A program made the translations under genes and the position numbers. Below the pieces are notes generated by a model, which had not been told where the DNA came from, made no database searches, and saw only the letters and a list, made by a program, of their open reading frames with translations. Below, one piece after another: positions 48,383 through 62,798 of a stretch of 64,000 nucleotides of DNA (within the stretch, counting starts at the first letter, position 1; every line of letters starts with the position of its first letter). Source of the DNA: Haliotis rubra (taxonomy: Eukaryota). The stretch lies in assembly GCF_003918875.1 (NCBI RefSeq), contig NW_025765181.1:806001-870000 (forward strand), written 5' to 3'.

Positions 48383-50576
48383 CAGGCTATAGCTACCCAC
48401 AAGCTATCAATATAGCACAGGTAAAACATAGGGGCCAGAGAATAAGTTCAAATGGCACTTCAAAACTGATTCAAAAGTCAAAATAGCTGTGAAAATCATA
48501 TGAATGGATATGTGAAAATCCTTGATGACACCAGTTGTTTGTGAAAAAGGGCAGAATTACTCCAGTGTTATCTCAGACAGATATGTAGTTGTAGAGGTTT
48601 GTCCTTTCTGACCAATAGAAGTCCTATACCAAGACATGACACAAGATCATAGCTCACTGTGAGTAACCGTGCTCTTGGACATCCATAGACAAATATTTGA
48701 GTGCTTATAAAACTTGTTCTCTTCCATAGGAAATCACACATCAGCGGCTATGATCAGAAGGTTAAGATACCAGCATATGTTTGACAACAAAGTGAAAATA
48801 TGGGGTGGGACTGTGTTGGACCCAAAAGATTGCGTGGTCCCAGATCCAAGACCAGATCCTGGTCAGAAAAGATAAGTCAGATTGGCCATGTTTGTTGAAA
48901 TTCCACAGGTGAAGAGTTCACATCACATGACCATCCCGGGGTCATGGAACTTCCTATTGTTATTGCGTACCTTAGTCAACTATCTTTGTCTTTTCTCAGT
49001 TCTATAATGACTCATAACAGACAGGAGCCTGTCATCTTGTGTCAAACGTGCTCGATTGTATGATTTATCCCACAAATACATTAACAAAATGGAATTCTGA
49101 AAGAACATAACAAATCCACATGCAATGAAATGGCTCCTGGTGTATGTTTCATGAAATATGAAAAGTACCATATCTCTTGTAATAAACACAAGGTCTCTTA
49201 ATAAGTACCACTGAAAAGCCCTGGGTCTCTAATCATCGCTGGGTACTTTAGATTTAAATGACTTCTCCCTAAATTAGATATAAGCTAAAAAGGTCCTGTT
49301 TTCATCAGTTTGAGGGATTCTTTTTTTCGCTAGAAGAGATATATTTTCAATCACTACTTCAAAACATAATTTTCCTGGAAATAAGGACACTGAATGTTTA
49401 AGGTTTTTACAGTATAATTTTTTTCAGGATATGTCCTGCAAACAATAAATATTTTGGGTAATACCTGTGAACAAATAGTTATTAGGAAGTATTTCATCCC
49501 CCATCCCCCTCAACAAACATACTCCCCGGACTATCTGACTACCTGCCTTCCACTATGAAGCCTAGTATTATCTACCTGCTCCTGCTGCTGTTTACAAAGC
49601 TAAGCACACATCACAATAGTTAGACCCATATACTTGCCACGACAAAGGCCTACATCGTGTGATCTAAATACTCACAGAAACCTCTGACCCAACTGTTGTC
49701 ATGCGTGACCTATATTCCTTTATGGCATGACAACTAACGGCAGTAGAAATACCTTGAGGTGTGACTGAATAAATTTCAAGATACTCAGATTACCTTGATA
49801 ATAGACACTAAGATGATAGTAGTAGTACACTGTGGAGCCTAGGGTGAGTGAGTGAGTGGAAGAAGGGGGGGTGAGAAAAGGTGAGAGAAAGAGAGAGAAG
49901 TCTTGAAGTGGATGTTGAGTGGAGGGTGTTGGTTGGTATGATTTTCAGGACCAACAATGGGCTGCCCACATTTCGCCAATGTGTGGAATTGCATTTGGTG
50001 TTTATTTGTTTGACGAGTGAACAAATTAATTGGCATATTCACATACAGGACATTTCCAAGATACTTATGTAGAATTGCCATGGAAATAATGAGGTGTCAG
50101 TCTATAAATTCCACGTAGGTCATCTTCAAAGTACTAAGTGGATGAGTCCACCTCAACACAACCAGCTAGCATGATACAGGTCCTTAAACCTGGATATTTC
50201 TACAATGCTCGGCACTTACAGACTGTGATAATCACTGCCGATCTCCTCACAGGCCAGTACGGATCAGTAATGTTTCATAATGTGTTCTCCTGTAGACACT
50301 ATCTTCCACAGACAATGAACAGCAATAACTACATCAGTGGCACTTCTCCAGATCTTTGCACTGGTCTACACACAAAACATTTCCACTGCAAACTTCGAGT
50401 CCAGCTGTAAAGAGGCTTTCATTATGTATTCACTGAGCCATTTCAATACATCTTATCCGAGTGGTCTAGGCTGTCCCTGGCCAATACTCACAGAACCAAA
50501 ATACCTCAAAGTTTGGAACAGTATTGTTTCGATGACCGTATTGTAAGACAATTCAACAACTCCAAGCCCAACTGTG

Positions 50577-50741
50577 TGAGTGAGTGAGTTTGGTTTTATG
50601 CCGCTTTAAGCAATATACCAGCAATATCACGGCGGGGGACACCAGAAATAGGTTTCACACATTCCACCCATGTGGGGAATTGAAGCCAGGTCTTCAGCGT
50701 GATGCGTGAACGCTTTAATCACTAGGCTACCCCGCCGTCCC
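50577..50741 (-). mobile_element. SINE family A
   Basis: Full-length, with a degenerate TSD (ccaag.ccaact.tg.gag). Confidence 0.88.
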
Positions 50742-51376
50742 AAGTCCAACTCTGAGAGTAGGTAGGGAAGGCTAGTGGCTAAGTGCTTTAGTCTTAATAC
50801 AATTCACTACACATGTACAATGCGTAAAGCCAGTCTACCAGCAGTGATGATCCTGGAGTAAAGGTAAAACAAGTGTCATACCATACTCACTTACTGCAAC
50901 AACACTATGTGAGCCACCAAATTCATGACCAAAAAATAGTGTGGTCACTTTGCCTTCCACATGTGCATCAATTCAATTCAGCTAATTAAAATGACATGGT
51001 ATATTATGCACCAAAAATACACACATCCATGAAGCATTCATAATCACTGACTCGGCAGTCTATCAACCATGGTTCAAGTACTGGTATGTCAATATAAATG
51101 ATGTCATGCAACCCAGTGAACACATTTAACTAGCCCAGCTGATACAGACAGTGAGTCACTGTGCAGCATTGTGACACCAGTCAGGTACTTAAGTACTACA
51201 ACAGCAACACATGCAGCCTTGGGCGGACAGATGGCATTCACCACACGTGTCTGTGTCAGCCCAGGATTGATCACTGGGCTAGAGAGACTTCAACTGAAAC
51301 CCACAAGTTTAAAATAAACTCGGGGACATCACTGACAGGGTGTCAGCCACAGTCCCTGAACTATTTTCCCTTTGGT

Positions 51377-51543
51377 GGGGTGGTGGGGTAGCCTAGTGGT
51401 TACAGCGTTCACTCGTCACGCCGAAGACCTGGGTTCAATTCCCCACATGGGTACAATGTGTGAAGCCCAATTCTGGTGCCCTAGCCATAACATTGCTGGA
51501 ATATTGTTAAAATATGTGTAAAATATAAACTCACTCACTCACT
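51377..51543 (+). mobile_element. SINE family A (full-length)
   Basis: TAGCCTAGTGG A-box, GGTTCAATTCC B-box, tail. Confidence 0.9.
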
Positions 51544-51583
51544 ATCCCATTCTCCCAGCCCTTACTGTCCTGCTATAACCTGA

Positions 51584-51730
51584 GTGAGTGAGTGAGTGTT
51601 AGTTTTACGCCGCTATTAGCAATATCACAGCAATATCACGGCAGGGCACACCCGAAATGGGCTTCACATATTGTACCCATGTGGGGAATCAAACCCGGGT
51701 CTTCGGGGTGACGAGCGAACACTTTAACCA
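51584..51730 (-). mobile_element. SINE family A, tail-to-tail with the previous copy
   Basis: TSD GCTATAACCTGA at 51572-51583 and 51731-51742. Confidence 0.9.
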
Positions 51731-52035
51731 GCTATAACCTGAAATGAAGCAAGTGTAGATTTTCTCCACTTACAGGAAAGTCACCGTGCTCCTTCTTTGC
51801 TAAATGAAGTTGTTTGCTTACATATTTTCAGAGACTAAGCATGAGTCTACAATGGCTGTCTTCACTAAACCATTTGTCTTCAGCCCCAGCCAAGTTAACA
51901 TTCACTGGTCATGTAAACTACGTAGCAAGCTAATGCTATTAGAAAATCTACTTAAGATAATTCATGACACACAAGTACAGATTCATCACACACCAGAATA
52001 CTGTCAGAACAGTATCTAACTATACTACTCAAAAG

Positions 52036-52160
52036 AGTGAGTGAGTTTAACACCGATTTTAACAATATTCCAGTAACATCACAGCGGGAACAACAGAAAA
52101 GGGCTTCACACATTGTACCCATGTGGAACGCTTTAACCACTAGGCTACACCACCGCCCCC
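52036..52160 (-). mobile_element. Internally deleted SINE family A
   Basis: Head and tail present, B-box region missing. Confidence 0.8.
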
Positions 52161-52209
52161 CATACAACAAAGTTACTTAAATGTACCACCTATTTCTTTC
52201 CTATTACTA

Positions 52210-54621
52210 TAGTTAGTGAGACATGCGACTGACTATTATCTATAGTCCGTGAGACATGTGACTGACTATTATCTATAGTCAGTGAGACATGCGACTGACC
52301 ATTATCTATAGTCAGTGAGACATGTGACTGACTATTATCTATAGTCAGTGAGACATGCGACTGACTATTAACTATAGTCAGTGAGACATGTGACTGACTA
52401 TTATCTATAGTCCGTGAGACATGCGACTGACTATTATCTACAGTCAGTGAGACATGCGACTGACTATTATCTATAGTCAGTGAGACATGTGACTGACTAT
52501 TATCTATAGTCAGTGAGACATGTGACTGACTATTATCTATAGTCAGTGAGACATGTGACTGACTATTATCTATAGTCCGTGAGACATGCGACTGACTATT
52601 ATCTAGAGTCAGTGAGACATGCGACTGACTTAGTATCTATAGTCCGTGAGACATGTGACTGACTATTATCTACAGTCAGTGAGACATGCGACTGACTATT
52701 ATCTATAGTCAGTGAGACATGCGACTGACTATTATCTACAGTCAGTGAGACATGCGACTGACTATTATCTATAGTCAGTGAGACATGTGACTGACTATTA
52801 TCTACAGTCAGTGAGACATGTGACTGACTATTATCTATAGTCAGTGAGACATGCGACTGACTATTATCTATAGTCAGTGAGACATGTGACTGACTATTAT
52901 CTACAGTCAGTGAGACATGCGACTGACTATTATCTACAGTCTGTGAGACATGTGACTGACTATTATCTATAGTCAGTGAGACATGTGACTGACTATTATC
53001 TATAGTCAGTGAGACATGCGACTGACTATTATCTATAGTTAGTGAGACATGTGACTGACTATTATCTACAGTCAGTGAGACATGTGACTGACTATTATCT
53101 ATAGTCAGTGAGCCATGCGACTGACTATTATCTATAGTCCGTGAGACATGTGACTGACTATTATCTACAGTCAGTGAGACATGCGACTGACTATTATCTA
53201 CAGTCTGTGAGACATGTGACTGACTATTATCTATAGTCAGTGAGACATGCGACTGACTATTATCTATAGTCAGTGAGACATGCGACTGACTATTATCTAT
53301 AGTCAGTGAGACATGCGACTGACTATTATCTATAGTCAGTGAGACATGTGACTGACTATTATCTATAGTCCGTGAGACATGCGACTGACTATTATCTATA
53401 GTCAGTGAGACATGTGACTGACTATTATCTATAGTCCGTGAGACATGCGACTGACTATTATCTACAGTCAGTGAGACATGTGACTGACTATTATCTACAG
53501 TCAGTGAGACATGTGACTGACTATTATCTATAGTCAGTGAGACATGTGACTGACTATTATCTACAGTCAGTGAGACATGTGACTGACTATTATCTATAGT
53601 CAGTGAGACACGTGACTGACTATTATCTATAGTCAGTGAGACATGTGACTGACTATTATCTACTGTCAGTGAGACATGTGACTGACTATTATCTATAGTC
53701 AGTGAGACACGTGACTGACTATTATCTATAGTCCGTGAGACATGTGACTGACTATTATCTATAGTCCGTGAGACATGTGACTGACTATTATCTACAGTCC
53801 GTGAGACATGCGACTGACTATTATCTACAGTCAGTGAGACATGCGACTGACTATTATCTATAGTCCGTGAGACATGTGACTGACTATTATCTACAGTCAG
53901 TGAGACATGTGACTGACTATTATCTATAGTCAGTGAGACATGTGACTGACTATTATCTACAGTCAGTGAGACATGTGACTGACTATTATCTACAGTCAGT
54001 GAGACATGTGACTGACTATTATCTATAGTCCGTGAGACATGTGACTGACTATTACTATAGTCAGTGAGACATGTGACTAACTATTATCTATAGTCAGTGA
54101 GACATGTGACTGACTATTATCTATAGTCAGTGAGACATGTGACTGACTATTATCTATAGACAGTGAGACATGTGACTGACTATTATCTATAGTCAGTGAG
54201 ACATGTGACTGACTATTATCTATAGTCAGTGAGACATGTGACTGACTATTATCTATAGTCAGTGAGACATGTGACTGACTATTATCTATAGTCAGTGAGA
54301 CATGTGACTGACTATTATCTATAGTCAGTGAGACATGTGACTGACTATTATCTATAGTCAGTGAGACATGTGACTGACTATTATCTATAGTCAGTGAGAC
54401 ATGCGACTGACTATTATCTATAGTCAGTGAGACATGTGACTGACTATTATCTATAGTCAGTGAGACATGTGACTGACTATTATCTATAGTCCGTGAGACA
54501 TGTGACTGACTATTATCTATAGACAGTGAGACATGTGACTGACTATTATCTATAGTCAGTGAGACATGTGACTGACTATTATCTATAGTCCGTGAGACAT
54601 GTGACTGACTATTATCTACAG
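52210..54621. repeat. 33-bp internally palindromic minisatellite, about 73 copies
   Basis: TAGTCAGTGAGACATGTGACTGACTATTATCTA; period 33. Confidence 0.95.
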
Positions 54622-57600
54622 TGATATCAAAGAATCAGGTTCTCCTTAACTTATTTTGAGTAGGACACTTCTTCAACATGAACAATGCTGACCAACCATT
54701 TTGTATGATGGACATAGGCCTACATTTGGAATCATTGATGAGTCAGTGTGTTCGGGCTTTACATAGCTTCTAACAGTATTTCCCTCACATAATAGTCTAG
54801 CATAGATCTTGAGAGCAAAATTACATCTGTGAACCAAATGACATGCCAAGAACAGCATCGGTAAAATCTGGGATTCAAACCCACGATCACAGGATCCTGA
54901 TACGACTGGACGGACATGATTGCACCACCTTGACAACTGGGCCCCTGCAAACATCCTTGTAGTGAGTGCATCTACATACAAGATTGACACTGTGATGTTT
55001 CATCAACAGGGACCTCGATAATCCCAGGGCGTGGTCAGTGAACACTGAAATATTCAGGATCATTACTCACAGTAACCTTTGATTCCAGTGAGACTTACAG
55101 CCACTCATTTCTTCTTTTACTCCATTGTTTACCCCAGTTTCCAAAACAATACCTCAGTTTTTCTCATAATCAATGATTTTAATTAGACATAATGTATTGG
55201 ATGAGTTGTCTCTGTACCAGCCAATCACAGACCTTGATGCAATTAGCCACTATGCAGTGCACCACTTATCCCAGCCAGGGAGTAATTCAATCAAGACGAC
55301 ATGAAAATTTGATGATGGGCACCGATGTGAGATTAATTCCTGATGAGAAGTCAGATACAACATGTGATCATTGATCCAGCCTGAGAATCATCAAGTGTAT
55401 GTAAATCCATGTCTGTCGGCATCTGGGAAGACAACGCTCTGCTCTACCTTGCCCCGTTACATTTGATAACAATACAGAATCAACATCAGGGAAATAGTTG
55501 CAAACTACTGGAAATATTATATTTTCCATATGAAGGTCAGTTACCTCCAAAATATGACACATTAGACAAAACCACCCATATATGCAACGTTATAATAAGT
55601 AAGAAAAGTTTAGATCCACAGAACTATCCCTCTTGCTCATTACACAAACTTCTAAATGTGACTCAAAGAAGTAAAGTCCACCCAGTTGTGTACATACAGT
55701 CTTCAAACATTGGAAGCATCATGTCGAACATATAATTCCATACCACTCACCAAAACAACATAAACTTCGAGTGTAAAACTCGTACCACTGCGCGGCACCT
55801 TGCTTGTAGCAATGTCCTTGATATTCATAATAAACTTCATCTTATGTACAATTTAATAATACAACTAAATTTATTACCTACATTAACAGACCCACAAATC
55901 ATAACATTTAATTCAATGAGCATATAATTCCTGTTTTGACTGAGATTTATTGTACATTAAAACGCACTTAACACCTTTACATAAGAGTGCCTCTCATCAC
56001 CACCAGACCCAGATACCTGTGATGACAGTGGGACCTGTCATCCGTACATAGGTGGAGCATTCCTGCTGACAAGCATGCACACAGCTGTTAAGCTCCACAG
56101 TACTTCCCTCTGTAACTGTCTGCATAACGCAAATATTAGTTTTTAAATCTGATATCAGTTTAGTGAAAGAAAACATCTGAGCAAATGCATTGCTTATCAT
56201 TGTGTTTTCTGTGTGACCTAGATATCCTGCTGGTATAACAGGGATGACAACATTAACGCAGTCAGTCACATTCATACAACAGAACCCCAACTTCATGGTA
56301 ACCGAGTCTTAAAGGTCTGGTTGACTTAACAAATGGCAATTTCTAACAAACATGGGAGTTGGTTTTCATGCCTCTTGAAACAGTATTTAAGTTCAATCTC
56401 AACACGACTCTGCTCAAGGTGGAAGGATTCATTTTTTTTAAGCCCTAAGTGATGCAAGTCGCAGACATTTTTCCCTTGGGAAAACCTACAAGCATAGGTG
56501 CCAACAAGCCTAAGAAACATAATTCTGGCAAAAAGAGATTCAAACCAGCTATCAAAGGTTTCTGGAGTGCCCAATGGACAATTCTGCACAATAAATTCCT
56601 TTATATGACATGGCTCCATAACTAAAAAGGAGCAGATGCTTGTTTAAACTGAAAGAGTTGGAACCGAATCAGCTTATGCATAGGCATGATGGACTCAAAG
56701 TGACGATAAAATGTACAAAAATAAGGGGCTCTGTTCAGTTCCTTACTGATACTCAAGGAAAAACATAAACACTACATAGATTCCCTCTTCAAAAATAAGT
56801 TTCTTTTTCAAAATTGACCACCAGCCTTTTGATGTTTCAGTACAGCAGTACAACCTTGTCCACAAACACTGAACAACAATAACCCTTCCCCAATACTTTT
56901 GCTATAAACTGAATGACCCTTCCCCAATACTCCCGCATTTATATAAACCTGGGGGACATCATCTGAACACATAATAGTGCCCATTAACCAAGTGTTTTTC
57001 GAGCCAAACTTTCAACCACAGGCTTTCTATTATCCTATAAACCTGCTACATCATCTCGGATAGTAGATACCTTAACCAAGTGTTTTTCTAATCAACTGAC
57101 ATCTTTCTATTATCCTTTTAACTTCTCAGTAGTCCCAGACTTGCTGACAGTGTATACCCTGAACCCCTACTTTCACACCCCATCAGTTCAGATATTAACA
57201 CATTATTTGTATCGAAATGCTTCAGAAATTGAACACTAAGCCTTTCATTACCTGGAGCCTACCTAGCAATACTTCACCTCAATAGAGACAACAATATTGG
57301 CCAGTAGGCGTGTCACACCCAGACACCTACATACAACCCTATCTATTCAGTGGAATATGACCTGAACTGTCTACTTTATACATCAATGGGGCCCTACTAT
57401 CAACAGAAGTGGCCCTAATTCAGTATAAGTATGATTAGAGTTGGTATTTCCTTACCTAGATCTCCATTACTGTAACAAAACACAGGATCCAGCCTTCTTA
57501 CTTCTGTGACAGTTTACTTGTTCTTATCACATTATGAAATCACCTGATCTCCAACTTAATCATTTATCTCAGAATAAACAGGCTATCATATGACTTGTGA

Positions 57601-59277
57601 TTGTAGTCATAATAAAACTTCTCAAAAACAATTACACTCAATACTTTCGGGGATATTTTTTTGTCGTGAAAACTGATCTCATAATTTCATTGAAATACTC
57701 CAGAAACATTTATGATCCCAAAGTGTTTTTGTTTAGTATCCTTCTAGGCCATGATAAGATACCATAATCTGTTCTGTGACATGTAAAGGAAGAGAGAGAG
57801 AACACATTAGGACAATAACAATACTGTATATCTGCACAATTCATGACGTAAAACCCTATTTCGCTAACATCACTGTTAGGATAATACAATCATGCCGAGA
57901 AACAGCTTAACATTTCTTTAAAAGTACACTTAGTCCTGAAGTTCATGGCCTATGTTAAGTGTTTTATCTCTCAGAGTAAACTAAATTTCACATATAGCAT
58001 GACAGTTATGGAAATGTCAGCTAGTGAGGGAGTTTGGTTTGAATCTACATTGAAAAATACTTACTCAGAATACGAAAATCAGACAAGATGTCAACCACAT
58101 CACAACAATCACCAATGGCCAACTGGCACACAAAGTAAGTCTGAATCAAATCATTCAAACTTCACTCCTTCAGAGTGACTAAACATTTAACGTAACACTA
58201 TACTCGCTATTTTAACCTTAAGTAAGTAGATATTCCAGCAGTTTCCTTACACAACAGCATGTGCCATGACAAGCTGGTTACCCAACAGTCCAGGTGAACG
58301 ACCTGCTGTATACATCATAAATCTGCTGCCTTTCTTCATCACACAACTCCCTGCAGACTCCACATACGTCATGAACACCATGATGCAACACTTGATCCCT
58401 GAGATCAGTTGTATGACAGACACGTCCTTCAAGTCAGCAGCAAGATCAACACCTACCATCTTGTATTGTTGTCTGACAATGTCAAGGCCATCCTCAACAC
58501 ATGAATCAATCTGCAGTCAAACTGCAGTCAAACTGCAGTCAAGTAAAAATTGGTAAAATAAATGCCCATAACATAAGAAATGCCCATAACATAAGAAATG
58601 CCCATAACATAAACTGATGTGAAGTTTGGTTGCTGCTAAGGACTCAGAAATATGCATGCTCCATGATGACAGCCTGTAAATAAGGCCGGGCCAGACATTC
58701 CAGTGACTGGTATTATGAACAACGTTCCACAGTCAGGGTACAACTGAGCAACCTAGCCTGACCACCTAATCCACCTTTCATTGGTTTCTGGGGGAATCGT
58801 AGCCTCGTATTCACACTGGGAGAACGTTCCTATGGTCCAAGGTTTTGTTACTGACTGACCTTAATGTCACCCAGGGCTATATACCCCTTCCACAATGTCT
58901 ATATTGGAATACATGGGGTATATCTACCATTGATGTTGCTTTGTGCATAAGGACCTGACCTGGTTACTGTATTTGTGAAGGTATATAAATGTTTTATTCC
59001 TTCATACACATTGTACATGTCATTCAGAAGTATTCACACAAAAAGTCAACTGTCAGAAATTTCCAACGTAAGCAATGAGAACAAATCAAAGCATTTGAAT
59101 TGACAAAATAAACTTTTCACATGTACAGTTTGTATTTATCTGACACTATGCAACTCCATGAACATTACACATATTTCTTAATTTCATTAATTCCTGATTT
59201 CCTAAACACTGAAATTTAGAAAAATAAATATCAATATCCTTAGCATCTCATTATTTTCAATAATATGATGCATTCTG

Positions 59278-59535
59278 AAATATCCAGTAACATGATGCAC
59301 CTTGATATATTTAAGAACATAATGCATATTGAAATATACAGTAACTTGACACATCTTAAATATTCAGTAACATGATACACCTTGATATATTCAAGAACAT
59401 AATGCATATTGAAATATACAGTAACTTGACGCATCTTAAATATCCAGTAACATGATGCACGTTGATATATTTAAGAACATAATGCATATTGAAATATACA
59501 GTAACTTGATACATCTTAAATATTCAGTAACATGA
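59278..59535. repeat. 80-bp tandem repeat (about 3 copies) built from about 27-bp subunits
   Basis: aatgcatatt at 59321, 59401, 59481. Confidence 0.88.
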
Positions 59536-62500
59536 CCACACCCATGCCACAACATACAGGTGTCACTTATCAAATACGAAAAAACATCATCTCACAAAAA
59601 ATCAATCATTGCATATGAGTTGATCTAGATTCAGAAAGACTGCTAGTCACGTACCTTCGAAGGGTCAGAAATTCCAGGAGTAATACCCTAAACATGCACG
59701 ACTTGCCAGTAAATGAGCTGGTGAGTAATGAAGCCAGCAGCAGTCAGGTGCTGTGTCCAGGTATGACAGATGGGCTGGTGTTCTACATGCATGTATGTAT
59801 GAGGAGGTGGAACACTGTCTTATCAGTCGAGTCTACACAACATCTGTACTGTTTCCAAACCACTTGGGTAACCTCATCAATGTCACAATCGGAACAATTG
59901 TGAAGATAGTTTACACTCAATTATCAATCAATTTTCAGAACTAATAAACTGTCGGGCGAGTCTGTTCAATATAATAAGTGACCGAGTTCACATTCCACTT
60001 ACTACAGTTTAGCACCAAGGGGACTTTATCATAGGTATGGATTAAAAATGTTTTATATCTTTTTCAACATGTCTCAATCAAAATTGAGTGCTCCAGTGAG
60101 TTCTGTCAGCCTAATATCGGAGTAAACACACCTTCTGATCCTGACAAAACTCGCCTAAAGGGTTAAGTAAACAGTTCACGATAAGAGAGCTTGGCATGCT
60201 TCAATGTTTATTTTTAGGTAAACATATCGCTGACATAATATTGATAAATTTTCCATCAAAAAAGATTTCAAACGTCAGAGAGTGTTTACAATCAATATGT
60301 ATTCCATTGTTGTGGGGTAACTTGAAGATTTCCAGTCATTATGATAAACAAAAGCCCTGTGTGATGATCATGTGTAGCATTGATTATATGCAAGTATATA
60401 ACGTTACAGAGTGAGTGAGTGAGTGAGTGAGTGTGAGTGAGTGAGTGAGACTTTAGGGCAATACTAAGCTACATCATGGCGAGGACACCAGAACTTTGTT
60501 TTACACGTTGGAGAATCAAATTAGGGCTTAGGTGTAATGACCAAAAGCTTTTATCACTAAGCTACCCAACCACCTCTTTAACAAAACTGACCAGTGTTAT
60601 TTCACGATACATGTTTTAAGTACAACAGCAGTGGAATAAACATTTCAATTTCCCTCCTTTGACTAACTGCTGGTTCCTAGACCCATCTCTAATAGAAACG
60701 TGGGTGGGTGACCGGAGGAATGATGTCACTTTTTAAATTATTCTAGAAATATAACAGTACGGGAAATCAGAGGTGGGGACACTCTAGAACCATGTACCCG
60801 TGTGGGGATCAAACCTTCGACACAAACACCTTAACCACTGAGTCAAACTTATGATAATCCATGGAATATTCACCAGAAGCTATCTTTGGTATGCACATCA
60901 CAGAAATAAGTTGGACACAATGGTATCACTGCCATATTCAGACACATACTTTATGTTTGTTTTTTTATCTGGAAATGTGATTCATGTCACAGGCATGCCG
61001 AACTGCTTCATCCAAACATCACTCTTGCACAGACATGCATGAAATGATAAACATTCCCTGAATGTATTTGTTTAAATTTCCTCCTAAGGCATGTATGCAT
61101 TGAAGGAAAAACAGGTGACAGAGTCAACACAACCAGACACAAATCTGTTCCTCCCAGGCCCACTCTTGATGCCAGTTAACCCCCTCTGAATTCTGACTTG
61201 TATCAAAAAACATTAGTTGAAATCATTTAAAATACTTCCATGCAAGTGGAACAAGTAAGTTTTAAATCCATAAAATCAAACCCATACCGGTCTAACGGTT
61301 GAATTATGAAACTAAATCTAAAGATTTTCATGAATAAAAAAAGAAGAAAAGAATTTCAAAAAATCAAAATCAAATGTATATATACACTTGTACAATATAA
61401 TCAGTATGGTTTTATATAGCCTGGATAAAAACTTGCTTTAATTTCAAAGAATACAAAAAGCATCACCAAATTTTCAACATTTTGTCCTTAGCTATGCATC
61501 AAGTCATAAGTCTAATATAATTATATAATAATGTACAAAGTCTATTTCTCATTCATCTGAACATATCTGATAACTTTCATAATGATCCAATATTATTTTC
61601 CCTCAGTTCTGCAGATCCTATACGCTAAAAGATCCTCATCCTGTTTCATCCCTTCTTCATAGAACTCCGACCCTGCGGAATAATAATTATCTGGTTTTAT
61701 TTCCACCAAGTGAAGACTGTTGTCAGGAACACATGACATTGAGATGACACTTGGACCCAGCTAAGTGTGTCAACAAGCATTAGGCTACCTGGTCGTCTGG
61801 TATTTGTTGAGCAAACTGCCAGGTAAATGCTCACTCCCCACCCCCCGAAACACCAACATGATGGAAACCTCGCTGAAGTGCATGCCGATAGTGCAAACCT
61901 GCTCAATACATGTCTTCATTAACGCTAAGAAACAGAGCAGATGATTTTGTTAACATCCAGATTGTTATGACAACTGTTTTCAAGGAATTGGACTACGTGA
62001 CCAGAGAGGCGTGGTTAAAGACATAAGTTCAATGTCAGCACCTGCCACATGCCAGTTTCACAGTAGATAACGGTGTAGAAAATTCGCCGACTTACAAATG
62101 TCAAATTTTGTATGCAAAGTATAGATAAACTGTATAAAACATGTATTTGTATTTCTATAAAACACTGATGAGATCAGATAAATAAAAATAAATTTTAAAA
62201 ATATTGCCAAATGGATAAGCAGAGCTATAGTAACAGATTTGTAAATAAATGTTTAGGTAAAGATATGAGCTGTCAGACTTTCATGCATATTACAAGTATA
62301 ACATTACATGAAGTAGGGAGGTCCTGTATGACAATGCATATAGTGTATTACATTAAGTAAGGCCATTTATTACTATTAGCTGGTTTACATAAGTAATTAG
62401 CCTGAAACATAGGCAGGTAAACTTGGAGATCAGTGATGCTACTGACAAATGAAAAACCCAAGACTTTCGAACATGGCAGGGTGCTGAAACAACGATTGGA

Positions 62501-62635
62501 ATAAAGACCTGAACGTACATAGCCATTAGTTCTTACAAAAATCAGAGATCAAATTCTTATGGGTTTACTTAATTTTATTCAATGCCTATAAGATGGAGTA
62601 AATCAGGTGTTAGATCATCTGTCCAACTGGGATGA

Positions 62636-62798
62636 GCGAGTGAGTGAGTGAGTATGGTTTTGTGCCACTTGTAACAATGTTCCTGCAATATCACGACAGA
62701 GAAACAAGAAACAGGCTTCATACATTGTATCCATGTGGGGAATCAAACCGAGATCTTCAGCTTTAACCACTAGGCTAAGTTTATACCCCACCGCCCCG
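62636..62798 (-). mobile_element. Diverged SINE family A
   Basis: TSD AACTGGGATGA at 62625-62635 and 62799-62809. Confidence 0.85.

Noticed and set aside
51377-51450. tRNA genes at A-box/B-box sequences
   Set aside because: They are heads of a multi-copy SINE with body, tail and TSDs.
52210-54621. CRISPR-like appearance of palindromic 33-bp repeats
   Set aside because: No unique spacers and no cas genes; the context is eukaryotic.
58247-58556. Overlapping 70-aa and 96-aa ORFs
   Set aside because: No recognisable motif and no convincing pair of splice sites
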